The notes below the pieces were generated by a model that was not told the origin of the DNA, did no database searches, and saw nothing but the letters and a program-made list of their open reading frames with translations. From Pirellulales bacterium (GTDB lineage: Bacteria; Planctomycetota; Planctomycetia; Pirellulales; PALSA-1355), in the NCBI GenBank assembly GCA_963733035.1, contig CAVTBU010000009.1:224001-288000 (forward strand): a DNA stretch of 64,000 nucleotides, read 5' to 3'. Each line of letters starts with the position of its first letter. Within the stretch, counting starts at the first letter, position 1. The translations under genes were made by a program, and so were the position numbers. Positions 10,375-20,322 of the stretch are shown in pieces.

Positions 10375-11340
10375 ATGATGGTACGCCGGATTGATTGGCG
10401 GAGTTGCCTGGCGATCAGCTGCATTTTGCTCGGCATGTCCGTGGTGGCCAAGGCCGCCGAGCCGGACCGGCCGGAGCTTGTGAAGCTGCCGTTTGCCATT
10501 CCCCACGCCATGGAGAATACGCCGGTGGTGTACCGCGGGCGGCCAATCTTGCTGCTCAACCATCGCGACGACACAAAGCACAACACCGATGGCTACGTCG
10601 ACAGCATGTACCTGTACGCCGTCGACTTACAAACCGGGGAGAGGCTGGCGGAGTTTGGCCAGGGGCACTCGTTCATTTCTGGCTTCGTCGATGGCGAGCG
10701 ATTACATGTTTTTGCCAGCAAAGGCTCGAACTTCGATTGGTTCGGCAGCCTGTATCACTTCTGGACGGATGACTTGAAGAAATGGCAAAGCGAACTGGCC
10801 ATCGAGAGGCCCGCGGGGGCTCACCTGTTCAACTGTTCGGTCTGCCGCGAGCCGGAAGGCGGCTACCTGATGGCCTACGAGTCGAACCAGCCCGTGGCGT
10901 TTTGCTTTCGCTTTGCCCGCTCGCGCGACCTGCACAAGTGGGAGCCTGTGGCCGATTCCCTCTTCACGGGCCAGGGCAACGAGTACAGCGCCTGCCCTGT
11001 GATTCGATACTTCGATCCCTACTATTACGTGATCTACCTGCACGCCCCGCGCGACGGCCACAATGGTTGGATTTCGTACATTGCCCGATCGCGCGACCTG
11101 AAGACCTGGCAACTCAGCCCGATGAACCCGGTGCTCGAAGCCGCGCCCGGCGAGGGTAAGAACAACTCCGACGTCGACCTGTTCGAATACGACGGCCGCA
11201 CTTACCTGGTCTACGCCACCGGCGACCAGGCCACCTGGAGTGCGGCCCGCATGGCAATGTACAACGGTCCGCTCCAGGACTTCTTCACGGGCTGGTTTCC
11301 CGCAGGCACAAAGTTCGAAGAAGTGCGAACCTCGAACTGA
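10375..11340 (+). CDS. Secreted hypothetical protein, probable five-bladed beta-propeller glycosidase-like fold
   Basis: Signal peptide. Repeated TDDLKKW, SRDLHKW, SRDLKTW motifs, ACPVIRY, NNSDVDL. Confidence 0.65.
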   Translation: MMVRRIDWRSCLAISCILLGMSVVAKAAEPDRPELVKLPFAIPHAMENTPVVYRGRPILLLNHRDDTKHNTDGYVDSMYLYAVDLQTGERLAEFGQGHSFISGFVDGERLHVFASKGSNFDWFGSLYHFWTDDLKKWQSELAIERPAGAHLFNCSVCREPEGGYLMAYESNQPVAFCFRFARSRDLHKWEPVADSLFTGQGNEYSACPVIRYFDPYYYVIYLHAPRDGHNGWISYIARSRDLKTWQLSPMNPVLEAAPGEGKNNSDVDLFEYDGRTYLVYATGDQATWSAARMAMYNGPLQDFFTGWFPAGTKFEEVRTSN

Positions 11341-11350
11341 CCGAATCGCA

Positions 11351-11379
11351 TGGCACGTTTTGCCGGCAGAAGCTACAAT
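11351..11379 (+). promoter_or_regulatory. Putative sigma70 promoter of tRNA-Leu
   Basis: TGGCAC-17 bp-TACAAT, 35 bp upstream of the tRNA. Confidence 0.55.
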
Positions 11380-11414
11380 TCGAAGGTTCACCGGAACCCC
11401 GTTCCGGACCACTT

Positions 11415-11496
11415 GGCCGCTTGGTGAAATTGGCAGACACGCAAGACTTAGGATCTTGTGCCGAAAGGCGTCGGGGTTCGAGTCCCCGAGCGGCCA
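11415..11496 (+). tRNA. tRNA-Leu(TAG)
   Basis: Acceptor stem GGCCGCT/AGCGGCC plus discriminator A. D-loop TGGCAGAC, anticodon arm CAAGA-CTTAGGA-TCTTG, long variable arm GCCGAAAGGC, T-loop GGTTCGAGTCC. CCA not encoded. Confidence 0.97.
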
Positions 11497-11771
11497 CTCT
11501 TGTCAGCACAGAGGCAACTGGCAAGACTTGCCGGAGTATGGTTCGCCCCCTGGGACAAACGGCCACGACGCCTAGATACCATCCGAATCCGTCGGATGAG
11601 ATGGCCTCGAGGTCTTCGATGACGGCGCGGCGGCAATTGCCGGTGGCACATGGCTTACCGAAAAGCGTGCCCAAGCGTCCCAAGCCGGATGAAAGGTAAC
11701 CACCGCCAGGCGATAATAGGGTTGGCGTGCCCTGCGCGTCGTTGCAATTGCATCCGGGTGACTCGCCTGCT

Positions 11772-12389
11772 ATGACGCCGATCAAAACAACGCCGCCGGC
11801 ACGCTACTGGGCAACGTTCCTCGTCGCCAACTCGCTGAGTCTGGGACGCTTGTTGGCGGGCCTGGCATTTCCCTGGTTCAGCGTGGCGTGGCGGCCGCCG
11901 ATCGTGCTGGCGGCGGCGGCCAGCGACATGGTAGACGGGGCTGTCAGCCGGCGTTTCGGGGGCACGAGTGCCATCGGACAGTTGCTGGATCCGATCGCCG
12001 ACAAAACCTTTCTCTTGATGGTCATCGGCACGTTCTGGATGGAGGGCTCGCTCGCGCTGTGGCAGATCGCCTTGTTGGGGCTACGTGAATGGGTCGTGCT
12101 GTCGATCGCCCTGCTCTTGATACTCATGGGCAAATGGCAGGGCGTGCTGCGAATGGCTCCCCGCTGGTCAGGCAAAGTCGCGACCGCGGCACAGTTTGCT
12201 TATCTGGCTGGACTATTGTTCCTGCAACAGCAACTCAACTTCTTATTTCAGCTCGCGGTTGCCATGAGCGGTCTGGCCGCTGCCGACTATTTGATCAGGG
12301 CCCGTGCGCTGTTTCGGGCGGTTCACGCGAACGCTAAGTCCGTGGACAACTCATGCGACCCCCAGTCCGAACACGCCAGCATCCGCTGA
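11772..12389 (+). CDS. CDP-alcohol phosphatidyltransferase family protein
   Basis: ANSLSLGR and DMVDGAVSRRFGGTSAIGQLLDPIADK signature; several TM helices. Confidence 0.9.
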   Translation: MTPIKTTPPARYWATFLVANSLSLGRLLAGLAFPWFSVAWRPPIVLAAAASDMVDGAVSRRFGGTSAIGQLLDPIADKTFLLMVIGTFWMEGSLALWQIALLGLREWVVLSIALLLILMGKWQGVLRMAPRWSGKVATAAQFAYLAGLLFLQQQLNFLFQLAVAMSGLAAADYLIRARALFRAVHANAKSVDNSCDPQSEHASIR

Positions 12390-12446
12390 TCAAACGGTCG
12401 CGCGACCTCGGCCACCGGCCTGCCTAGCGCGTTCTATGGCTTAACG

Positions 12447-13014
12447 CTAAACAGCGTGATGAGGTGCGCCGACAAGGTGTACGGAGCTGGCCTGTGGGCC
12501 CTTTTCGCCCAACTCCTCGGTGAAGGCTACCTCGCAGCCGATCGACAGGGCTGCGAACTTTCCGTCGAGCACTCCGTTGGCATGAAAATAGATCTCTCGC
12601 CCGTCGGGCGCATGGATGAAACCGTACTGCGATTCTGAAAACAGCTTCACGACTCGTCCGCGCCGGCCCGGCGTGCTGCTTTACTTGACCGCGCTGGCGT
12701 CGGGTGTAGTCCTGAAGCTTCCGGGCGGCAGCATCGAAAGCGTCGCGGATGGCCACGTTCACATTCTCATAGAAGGGATCGTGTTGAGGCGGCTCGTGCG
12801 TCACGGCAATTTCCTCGCCAGGCACCGTGATGTCGAGCCGAACCTGATAGACGTTTCCCGTCTGGTGATGACGATGCGGCACGTCAATAACGACGCGACA
12901 ACTTGTAATGTGATCGCAGAATTGGTCGAGTTGCATTGCTTCTGCGAGAATTCGGTTTTCAATCGACTCGGACCGCTCGAGGTTGTGGAAGCGGATTTGA
13001 ATTGGAAGTTTCAT
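12447..13014 (-). CDS. HPF/RaiA ribosome-associated protein fused to a cold-shock domain (frameshift at ~12661)
   Basis: IQIRFHNLERSESIE…ITSCRVVID…VAIRDAFDAAARKL, then GRVVKLF…YGFI…EIYFHAN…GEKGPQAS in the next frame. Confidence 0.88.
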
Positions 13015-13035
13015 GATTGGTTGCCTACAAGAAAA

Positions 13036-13067
13036 AGGGCACGAATTGCGACTCCAGGGCACGAATT
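13036..13067. repeat. Direct repeat AGGGCACGAATT x2 (20-bp period) upstream of the HPF-CSD start
   Basis: Exact copies at 13036-13047 and 13056-13067. Confidence 0.7.
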
Positions 13068-13150
13068 TCAAACACGCCCGCGGGGGCGACCGTCATGATC
13101 TGCCCTCCCTTCCAAACGATCGCCTCGGGTGCTTGGCCGCCGCGCGACTT

Positions 13151-13792
13151 TCACGCGGCTTGCGGCGCAAACGTCCTGAGGATCTTCAACAACTGTTCAT
13201 CCTCGACAGTCGGAAACTCTTCGTAAAATTGGCCGACAGAACAAAAGTGGTGCGAAGGCAACAAGCAGACAACTTGATCACAGTGCATTTCCAGGTCGTG
13301 AAGCCGGTCTTCCGGCGCCACTGGCACGGCGGCAATCAATTCGAGAGGGTTTTGCGCCCGGACGGTTTGTAATGCGGCAATCATCGTCGAGCCCGTCGAG
13401 ATCCCGTCGTCCGTGACGATGACCGAGCGATTCTGGATCGAAGCCTTGGGCCGCACAGAACGGATGGATTGCTTGTGACTTGTCATGGCACGAAGTTGGT
13501 ACTGCGTCTCGCCATGGAAGTACTCGTCGGTGACACCGGACGCTTCCGCGGTATTTTCGTCCACATAGACCGCGCCGTCCTCGGAAATCGCCCCGAACGC
13601 CAAGTCCGGCTGGTCGGGCGAACGCAGTTTGCGAGTTAACACGACGTCCAATTCGGCGCGAATCTCGCCGGCAAGCGCCGCGCCGGTTACGATGCCCCCG
13701 CGAGGAATTGCCAACACTAAGGGTTTCGTTAGCACAAGTCCTCGCAACATGGCCGCCAATTGGCGGGCGGCTCCTTCCCGATCGTGAAACAT
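13151..13792 (-). CDS. Phosphoribosyltransferase family protein
   Basis: MFHDREGAARQLA, VLAIPRGG, RKLRSP, VIVTDDGISTGST PRPP-binding loop, SVGQFYEEF. Confidence 0.9.
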   Translation of the reverse strand: MFHDREGAARQLAAMLRGLVLTKPLVLAIPRGGIVTGAALAGEIRAELDVVLTRKLRSPDQPDLAFGAISEDGAVYVDENTAEASGVTDEYFHGETQYQLRAMTSHKQSIRSVRPKASIQNRSVIVTDDGISTGSTMIAALQTVRAQNPLELIAAVPVAPEDRLHDLEMHCDQVVCLLPSHHFCSVGQFYEEFPTVEDEQLLKILRTFAPQAA

Positions 13793-13835
13793 AGATGACC
13801 CCCTGCGGCGGTGATTTCCACGATCGCAGATAGGA

Positions 13836-13852
13836 AGCACGCCCCATGCCAA
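13836..13852 (-). promoter_or_regulatory. Putative sigma54 (-24/-12) promoter of PRTase-HPF/CSD
   Basis: Minus strand TTGGCATGGGGCGTGCT (GG-N10-GC), 44 bp before the start codon. Confidence 0.6.
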
Positions 13853-14120
13853 TTACTTCTGTTGTTTGCCTCTGGAATGAGAATTGGCCCTGGTGGTCGG
13901 TAGAAAGGCGTTCGAAGTCTACCACGGCGCGCTGCGCAGCATCAGAACTGCTGGCGCGACCGTGCGAATGAGCGCGCAAAACCGCAATTGCTGACGACAA
14001 ATCGGAAGTGTCGAATGCGCAATGTAGCGCGTGCTAATGCATGGCGCCGGCGGTTTCACACATCACCAAGCGGTCAGCCAAGGCCCCGCCTCGATGGCTG
14101 CCGCTGCTGGCCACGGCAGG

Positions 14121-14420
14121 CTACTTTGCACTTGCCGGCGCTCGTCGGCGCGGCTTCGCACGGCTCTTATCGCTCCGCTCAACTTCGGCGGCATCCATTA
14201 GTGCCGTCAAAGTCGATCCCGGCCGGGTGCCGTCCAGCAACCGGTGTGGAACATAGCACTTCTCGATCCACTCGCGCTCCGCCTGCAACCAGAACTCCAG
14301 TCCTCCGCTTTCGGGGCAACCAGCGTCAAGCCAGCGTAAGTAGGCCGACTTCTGAACCGCGTCCCTGCAGCAGGCGAGCTCCTCCGCAGTCATTTCGAGG
14401 GTTTCCAACGTGACGGTCAT
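14121..14420 (-). CDS. DUF2934-domain small protein
   Basis: VQKSAYLRWLDAGCPESGGLEFWLQAERE matches the AY..W...G.P.G....W..AE pattern. GGAG RBS. Confidence 0.75.
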   Translation of the reverse strand: MTVTLETLEMTAEELACCRDAVQKSAYLRWLDAGCPESGGLEFWLQAEREWIEKCYVPHRLLDGTRPGSTLTALMDAAEVERSDKSRAKPRRRAPASAK

Positions 14421-14476
14421 CGTCGTAGACTCTCCAAATCGAACATGAAACATTCCACCTCTCCGCCCTTAGTCAC

Positions 14477-14493
14477 TGCAGTTGCCGTGCCAA
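14477..14493 (-). promoter_or_regulatory. Putative sigma54 (-24/-12) promoter of the DUF2934 gene
   Basis: Minus strand TTGGCACGGCAACTGCA, near-consensus TGGCACG-N4-TTGCW. Confidence 0.72.
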
Positions 14494-14795
14494 CTGGCTC
14501 CGGCTCGAGGTCCCATCGAAGCCCGCATGATCGCGGCCACACGAAATCCACGTCGCAGTCCTACCGGCAGGCGTCGTGTGCCATATCGCTCGGACGTAGG
14601 TCGGTCGCGCGCAAGCTTGACCCACACGTCGGCCGCGATAAGTAGTCGCCGACGCCGGCCATAAAAATAATACGTCATACCAGCACGCGCTGCGGGGCTG
14701 TCGCGGACCCCATCTGACCGGCAGGAAGCACGGTCAATGGCGACCGTTCCGCCTCCACGCGGCAGGAAAAAAATGGCTTTTCGGACGGGACCATC

Positions 14796-15395
14796 CTAGG
14801 AAGCACACTTCCCGACCAGAAACACCGTCAGCGACCGCGGACCATGCGCGCCAATCACGAGCGATTGCTCGATATCTGCCGTTTTCGATGGCCCGGAGAT
14901 GAAGACTCCCAGACTGGAGCTCCCCACGTCGACGCGGGAGTAAGCTTCATGCATGTTGTGCACGATCTGATCGGCGGGCAGCACCAACGCCAGGTGTTGG
15001 GTGAGGAAATAGATAACGCGATGTTTCAAGGACTCGTCAGTGACCCAGACCGCGCCGTTCTCGGCCACGCCAAGCTGCGCCGGTAAGATCGCAAAGTCAA
15101 CGGACGCGAGCTGGTGTGGATCGTTGACGTCCGCCAACTCGACGGTGGATTTCACGTCCGGCAACTCAGAAACGATTTGCTTTGCAGCGGCGAACTCGGG
15201 TAATTGTGCCAGCGCAGTCGGCAGTTCGCTGTCGTTATTCAGTCGCACGACGCGGCCACCGACGGACTCGACGAGCGACCGAAACTGCGTGAGCGGGTCT
15301 TCGTAGCGCAGCCAGTCGCGCTCGAGATTGGGCAGGTCGGCGTGCGGCACCACTGGCCCCCGAATCGCTCGCAGAATGCGTTCTCGACTAGCCAT
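14796..15395 (-). CDS. lutC: LutC/YkgG LUD-domain protein
   Basis: SRERIL, GVAENGAVW, FISGPSKTADIEQSLVIGAHGP. Confidence 0.9.
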   Translation of the reverse strand: MASRERILRAIRGPVVPHADLPNLERDWLRYEDPLTQFRSLVESVGGRVVRLNNDSELPTALAQLPEFAAAKQIVSELPDVKSTVELADVNDPHQLASVDFAILPAQLGVAENGAVWVTDESLKHRVIYFLTQHLALVLPADQIVHNMHEAYSRVDVGSSSLGVFISGPSKTADIEQSLVIGAHGPRSLTVFLVGKCAS

Positions 15396-16751
15396 CCCGC
15401 CCTCGCTTGAACTGTTCGCGAAAACTCTCCGCCGGAAACTCGGGAAGCTCGCGTTGGCGTCCCCAAGGATTGAACCGGTTGTACAACACGACGCGAGGTA
15501 AATGTGGTCCCACACGCCGTACGAACTTGCCAAGCACGCCATACAGCTTCGGATGGCGAAACAAAAAGCTGCCGGCCCGCATCGCCAGGCGTTTCGGCCA
15601 GGCGATCAGACCCTTGTTTCCCAATTCCCGCCGCCAGGTGAGCAACTGATGGTGTAAATCAATCTTCACCGGGCAAACATCCGTGCAGGAACCGCACAAG
15701 CTGCAGGCCTGCGGCAGGCTGTAAAACTTGTCGGGTTGTCGGGCCGGAGCGAGGATCGATCCGATCGGCCCTGGCACCGAAGTCTGATAGCTATGACCGC
15801 CGCTCCGCCGAAAGACAGGGCAAGTGTTCATACAGGCTCCGCAACGAATGCAATTGAGCGAGCGGCGGAATTCGTCATTGGCCAGAATCTCGCTGCGACC
15901 GTTGTCGACCAACACGATGTGCAATTCGCCGCCGGGCCGCGGACCGTGAAAATGCGACGTGTAGGCCGTGATGGGCTGACCCGTGGCCGAGCGGGCCAAG
16001 AGCCGCAGAAACACGCCCAGGTCCGCCACGCGCGGAATGAGCTTCTCGATGCCCAGCGATGCGATGTGGTACTTCGGCAACGAGACGCCCAGGTCGGCGT
16101 TGCCTTCGTTCGTGCAAACGACCAGCCCGCCTGTTTCGGCGATGGCGAAATTCACTCCGGTCAATCCGGCATCGGCCTCGAGAAACTTCTGCCGAAGATG
16201 GGCCCGGGCAGCCTCGGCCAGGTAATTCGGATCGGTCGCGCCGGCCTCGGTTCCCAGATGTTCGTGGAAGATGCGTCCGACGTCTTCCTTCTTCTTGTGG
16301 ATGGCCGGCAGCACGATGTGGCTGGGCGGCTCTCCGGCCAGCTGCACGATCCGCTCGCCAAGGTCCGTGTCGACCACTTCGATGCCGTTTCGCTCCAGGT
16401 ATGGGTTGAGGTGGCACTCTTCGGTCAACATCGACTTGCTTTTGACGAGCCTGCGAACGCCTCGGTTTCGTAGAATTCCCAGCACAATTTTATTGTGCTC
16501 GGCCGCGTCAGCCGCCCAGTGCACAACGGCGCCGCGGCGGGTAGCCTCGCGTTCGAATTGTTCCAAATAGTCCGCCAGGCGAGAAAGCATGTGCGCTTTG
16601 ATTTGGGCGGCACACTGGCGAAGCTCTTCCCATTCGGGAAGCGACTGCGCGGCTTTGTCGCGCTTGCGCGGACGAACCACAGTGTTTCATCATGCCACGT
16701 CGCGCGAGACCGGTCGCGTATGAATTCGGTGGCCAGCGGTGCGTGGTTCAT
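15388..16751 (-). CDS. lutB: LutB/YkgF lactate-utilization Fe-S protein (frameshift at ~16666)
   Basis: VKSKSMLTEE, DTDLGE, PSHIVLPAIH, TNEGNAD, CIRCGACMNTCP, CSLCGSCTDVCP. The N-terminus MNHAP…LWFVRA is in the adjacent frame. Confidence 0.92.
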
Positions 16752-17494
16752 AAGGGATATCCCGCCAGGATTTCGGCAATATGCATGACGCGGAGCGGCT
16801 TTCGCTGCCGACGGATCAAGCCGTCCAGATGCATCAGACACGACATGTCGCCGGCCGTGAGCACCTCGGCGCCGGCCGTTTCATGATCGTGAATTCGATC
16901 GTCGCCCATCATGCACGAAACCGCCTCTTCCGCCACGGCAAACGTACCGCCAAAACCGCAGCATTCGTCGGGCCGGGCCAACTGCACGAGTTCAAGCCCA
17001 TCGAGTAGTGAAAGCAATTGTTGACTCTTGCTATATTCGGCGACCACCCGCTCGCTGGAACTTCCCAGTCGCAGCTCGCGCAGGCCGTGGCAGCTTTGAT
17101 GGAGCCCAACGCGATGAGGAAAGCGTCGGTCAATTCGTTCAACCTTCGCAACGTCGACCAGGAACTCGGTCAGCTCATACGTCTTGGCTTTGAGTTCGAC
17201 GAAGCCCGGCTGACCGGCCAGATACTCGTCGTAGTGGCAGCGCACCATGGCAACGCAACTGCCCGAGGGAGCCACCACGTATTCATATTCGCGAAAAATT
17301 TCCAGAAACCGCTGGGCCAGAGGACGGGCCTGTTCGGTGCAACCCGTGTTGGCCATCGGCTGGCCGCAGCAGGTTTGCGCATTGGGAAATTCGACCCGGT
17401 AACCGAATTCCTCAAGCAACGCGACCGTCGCCAGGCCGACGCGAGGGTAGAACTGGTCGACATAGCAAGGAATAAACAAACCGACCGTCGACAT
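16748..17494 (-). CDS. lutA: LutA/YkgE CCG-domain Fe-S protein
   Basis: LFIPCYVD, QTCCGQP, PSGSC, HQSCH, ECCGFGGTF, GDMSCLMH. Confidence 0.92.
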   Translation of the reverse strand: MSTVGLFIPCYVDQFYPRVGLATVALLEEFGYRVEFPNAQTCCGQPMANTGCTEQARPLAQRFLEIFREYEYVVAPSGSCVAMVRCHYDEYLAGQPGFVELKAKTYELTEFLVDVAKVERIDRRFPHRVGLHQSCHGLRELRLGSSSERVVAEYSKSQQLLSLLDGLELVQLARPDECCGFGGTFAVAEEAVSCMMGDDRIHDHETAGAEVLTAGDMSCLMHLDGLIRRQRKPLRVMHIAEILAGYPL

Positions 17495-17532
17495 ACAGCA
17501 GGGATCCGGGGGCAAGCGGGCACGAAACCTTG

Positions 17533-17561
17533 AGTATAGACACTCCCCGCTTCGCTTGCAG
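17533..17561 (-). promoter_or_regulatory. Putative sigma70 promoter of lutABC
   Basis: Minus strand CTGCAA-17 bp-TATACT. Confidence 0.45.
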
Positions 17562-17880
17562 GCCAGGGAGCTAAGCACCCCGAGATGGCGACTGTCCAAC
17601 CATCCCGAGGGGCGATGCCCCCAGGACCCACAGGAATTGAACCGCCGGCTAACAAAGTACTAATTCTTGCGGGCTAGCATGCGTGCATCACCCGTCCTGG
17701 ATCGGCGGTCTACTCGATGTGCCACGCAGTTGCTCGGCCGCCGATCCACACATCGCTGCCCGCGCGGGCTACCTGCCCGTTGGCCCGCGCGGGCTTCTTT
17801 CTTTCCCTCCCGCAAAACTTGCGGAACGCTGGATCGACTATATCCACGAGCGATGCCGGAGAAGGGGTCCTTTTAGTTGG

Positions 17881-18315
17881 CTAAGGCCGGTAATTGCCGC
17901 GGAATGCGTCGCGGCGAATTCTGGTCTCGCGTACGCGGTGGCGACCGATCGTGGCCCAGTTTCGTTGCGCTTCACCGGTGAGCATTTGCAACACCAAGCG
18001 GTGCGGATCGCCGAATGGCCCGACGACGTGTCGCAGGACCAGGCGGGCGGAAGGTTTGGCAACGCGGAGGATTTCGCGAAGCGTCGCAGGCCGCAATGGT
18101 GTACGTTCGACGAGCAGCACATCGACACTGCGATCGGCCAATGGAATGGCCTCACCGCGGCCTTGGATCAAGCGGGGAATGGGCTCACCGCGGTGAACCC
18201 CGAAGGTACGCTTGCGGCTTGGATTCAGGTTCCAGGCCTCGGCATGTCGTCCCTCGCCACCCACGTCGAGCACGAAAACTTGCCTGCTTGTCGGATGCTC
18301 GTCGCCACCCCTCAC
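17881..18315 (-). CDS. Small class I SAM-methyltransferase-like protein
   Basis: VLDVGGEG, GRGEAIPLADRSVDV, LREILRVAKPSARL. GTG start with AAAGGGG RBS. Confidence 0.6.
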   Translation of the reverse strand: MRGGDEHPTSRQVFVLDVGGEGRHAEAWNLNPSRKRTFGVHRGEPIPRLIQGRGEAIPLADRSVDVLLVERTPLRPATLREILRVAKPSARLVLRHVVGPFGDPHRLVLQMLTGEAQRNWATIGRHRVRETRIRRDAFRGNYRP

Positions 18316-18409
18316 CGCGCAACCCCTTTCCAGAAAGTCAGTTATCCCGCCGTATACAATCACACTATCCGAACGCTTCGCACGAGCGAACCACAATCCG
18401 CCAGATTCC

Positions 18410-18436
18410 TGTCACACTTTCCATGGCCGAGTCGTC
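18410..18436 (+). promoter_or_regulatory. ECF41-dependent promoter
   Basis: TGTCACA-16 bp-CGTC, an exact match to the described ECF41 target consensus, upstream of the operon that encodes the ECF41 sigma factor. Confidence 0.82.
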
Positions 18437-18473
18437 TCTACTATCGCCTGCCGCTCATCCGGAGAACGAACCT

Positions 18474-18911
18474 ATGGAAACGAATCCGATGCCGCGCAAC
18501 CGACCGCTTATCGTATTGACCGCCCTGTTTTTGGTCCGGCTCGTGGTTAACTTCGTGCATGGCCACGCCCATGATGAATTGGCCGTACCTCTGGCTCCTT
18601 GGCAGAATGCGTTTGTGTGGGCCACGATCATAGTCGGGCCGGTTGTGGCGATAATTTGGTTGTGGGTTCGTCCGAGTGTCGCCGTGGCGTGGAGTTTGGC
18701 GGCAATGTTGGCGGCTGGCTGGCTGTTTGGGCTGTATTTCCATTTCGGCCCGGTCAACCCCGATCACGTTTCCATGCAGCCGCATACCTCAGGCCGACAG
18801 CTGTTTATCGGGACCGCGGCCGCGCTGGCGGTGGTTGAACCGTTGACTGTACTGGCAGCAGTCTGGCTGGCGCGCTCGTTGAACCGGGCAGGGGGCCCAA
18901 AGTATGCCTGA
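18474..18911 (+). CDS. Four-TM membrane protein with His-rich motifs
   Basis: Four hydrophobic segments, VHGHAH and YFHF…PDHV. GGAGA RBS. Overlaps the sigma factor start. Confidence 0.75.
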   Translation: METNPMPRNRPLIVLTALFLVRLVVNFVHGHAHDELAVPLAPWQNAFVWATIIVGPVVAIIWLWVRPSVAVAWSLAAMLAAGWLFGLYFHFGPVNPDHVSMQPHTSGRQLFIGTAAALAVVEPLTVLAAVWLARSLNRAGGPKYA

Positions 18912-19804
18912 CGCGACGCTCGAACAGGCTTTCCTCGAAGATCGCCCGCGATTGTTCCAAATCGCCTATCGGATGATGGGTACGGTTTCCGACGCGGAAG
19001 ATGCCTTGCAAGACGTTTTCGTCCGACTGCGGACGGGTGAATTGCAAGTAGTTCGGGCTCCGCGTTCGTACCTGACGCGGGCCATCGTACGGCGCTGCCT
19101 CGACCAGTGGAAGTCCGCGCGTCATCGGCGCGAGCAGTACGTCGGCCCCTGGTTGCCCGAGCCACTCACGGCCATTGAGGGTGGCGATCCAAGCCGGCGC
19201 CAGGAGTTGGCCGACTCGGTCTCGGTGGCCTTCTTAATTGTGTTGGAATCGCTCAACCCGGTGGAGCGGGCGGTGTTCCTGTTGCACGAAGTGTTTCAGT
19301 ACTCGTTCGAAGAAATCGCGATCATCGTCGACAAAACAGCGGCCGCCTGTCGTCAGATCGGACACCGCGCGGGAAAAAGTGCGTGAGCGCCGGCCTCGTT
19401 ATGACGCCTCACCAGAGCAACATCGCGAGTTGGTGCGGCGCTTCATGGATGCCTGCCATGCCGGCGACTTGCAGGAGCTGCAAGCTCTATTGGCCGACGA
19501 CGTCACCGTGTATAGCGATGGTGGCGGCTTGACGCCGGCGGCGCGCGTGCCGGTGGTCGGAATCGACCGTGTGACCCGATTCCTGCTTGGCCTGCGAACC
19601 AAGGCCCAGCGGTTCGGCGTATCGGTTGTGCTGAGGCCGTGTGACGTAAACGGCACGGCAGGCCTCATGCAGCTTGTCGACGGCCGGCTGCACGCCGTGA
19701 TTTCGCTGGAAGCGGACGGCGGCCAAATTCGCCGGATGTTTTCTGTCCTCAATCCTCAAAAGCTCGCCGCGATTGCCGCGCAGCATGATCTCAAAGGAGT
19801 TTGA
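18904..19804 (+). CDS. ECF41 (SigJ-like) sigma factor with SnoaL-like C-terminal extension (frameshift at ~19370)
   Basis: AYRMMG..DAED, YVGPWLPEP, ERAVFLLHEVF, then LLADDV..SDGGG…NPQKL. Confidence 0.92.
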
Positions 19805-19807
19805 GCC

Positions 19808-20320
19808 ATGATTCAGGCGATTCTCAATTGGCAGATTGACAAAACGGAACGACAACTGGGCGTGCCGGCCGACGAGGCCCGCTTCATCGCCTCGGTCTCG
19901 CTGTCGGCAACCTGGCGGTTGGCAAAGTTCGTCAAGATATTGCACTCTGGCAAAGGTCCGCGGCATGCGTTGCATGTCGCGTCGCTGGTGGGCTCGATGG
20001 CCGAAGACTGCGGTTCGTGCGTACAAATTGGCGTCAACCTGGCGCGGCAAGCTGGCCTGCCCCGGGAACAAATCGCCGCCATCGTGGAACGTCGGCCGGA
20101 CGACCTGCCCGAGGAGCTTGCAGCCGTGTATCGATTCGCCGAAGCCGTGACCCTTAACTCGGAGGAGCAGGATGCGTTTCGCGAGGCGGTTCGCCGTCAA
20201 TATGGGGATGCGGGTCTCGTCGAAATTTGCATTGCCGTAGCAATGCACCGGGTATTTCCCACGCTCAAACGCGGCCTGGGCTATGCCAAGTCCTGTTCGC
20301 TCGCGCCCGTCAAAGTCTAA
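19808..20320 (+). CDS. Carboxymuconolactone decarboxylase/AhpD-like protein
   Basis: EDCGSCV CxxC, YRFAEAVT, YGDAGLVEI. AAAGGAG RBS. Typical ECF41 neighbour. Confidence 0.8.
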   Translation: MIQAILNWQIDKTERQLGVPADEARFIASVSLSATWRLAKFVKILHSGKGPRHALHVASLVGSMAEDCGSCVQIGVNLARQAGLPREQIAAIVERRPDDLPEELAAVYRFAEAVTLNSEEQDAFREAVRRQYGDAGLVEICIAVAMHRVFPTLKRGLGYAKSCSLAPVKV

Positions 20321-20322
20321 CG

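Noticed and set aside
11351..11364. Sigma54 promoter before tRNA-Leu (TGGCAC…TTGC)
   Set aside because: GG-to-GC spacing is 8 rather than 10; it fits a sigma70 -35/-10 pair better.
11415..14700. Genomic island integrated at tRNA-Leu
   Set aside because: No integrase beside the tRNA, and I found no duplicate of its 3' end in the window.
17565..17880. Structured ncRNA upstream of lutA
   Set aside because: Only short hairpins, with no family hallmark I can recognise.
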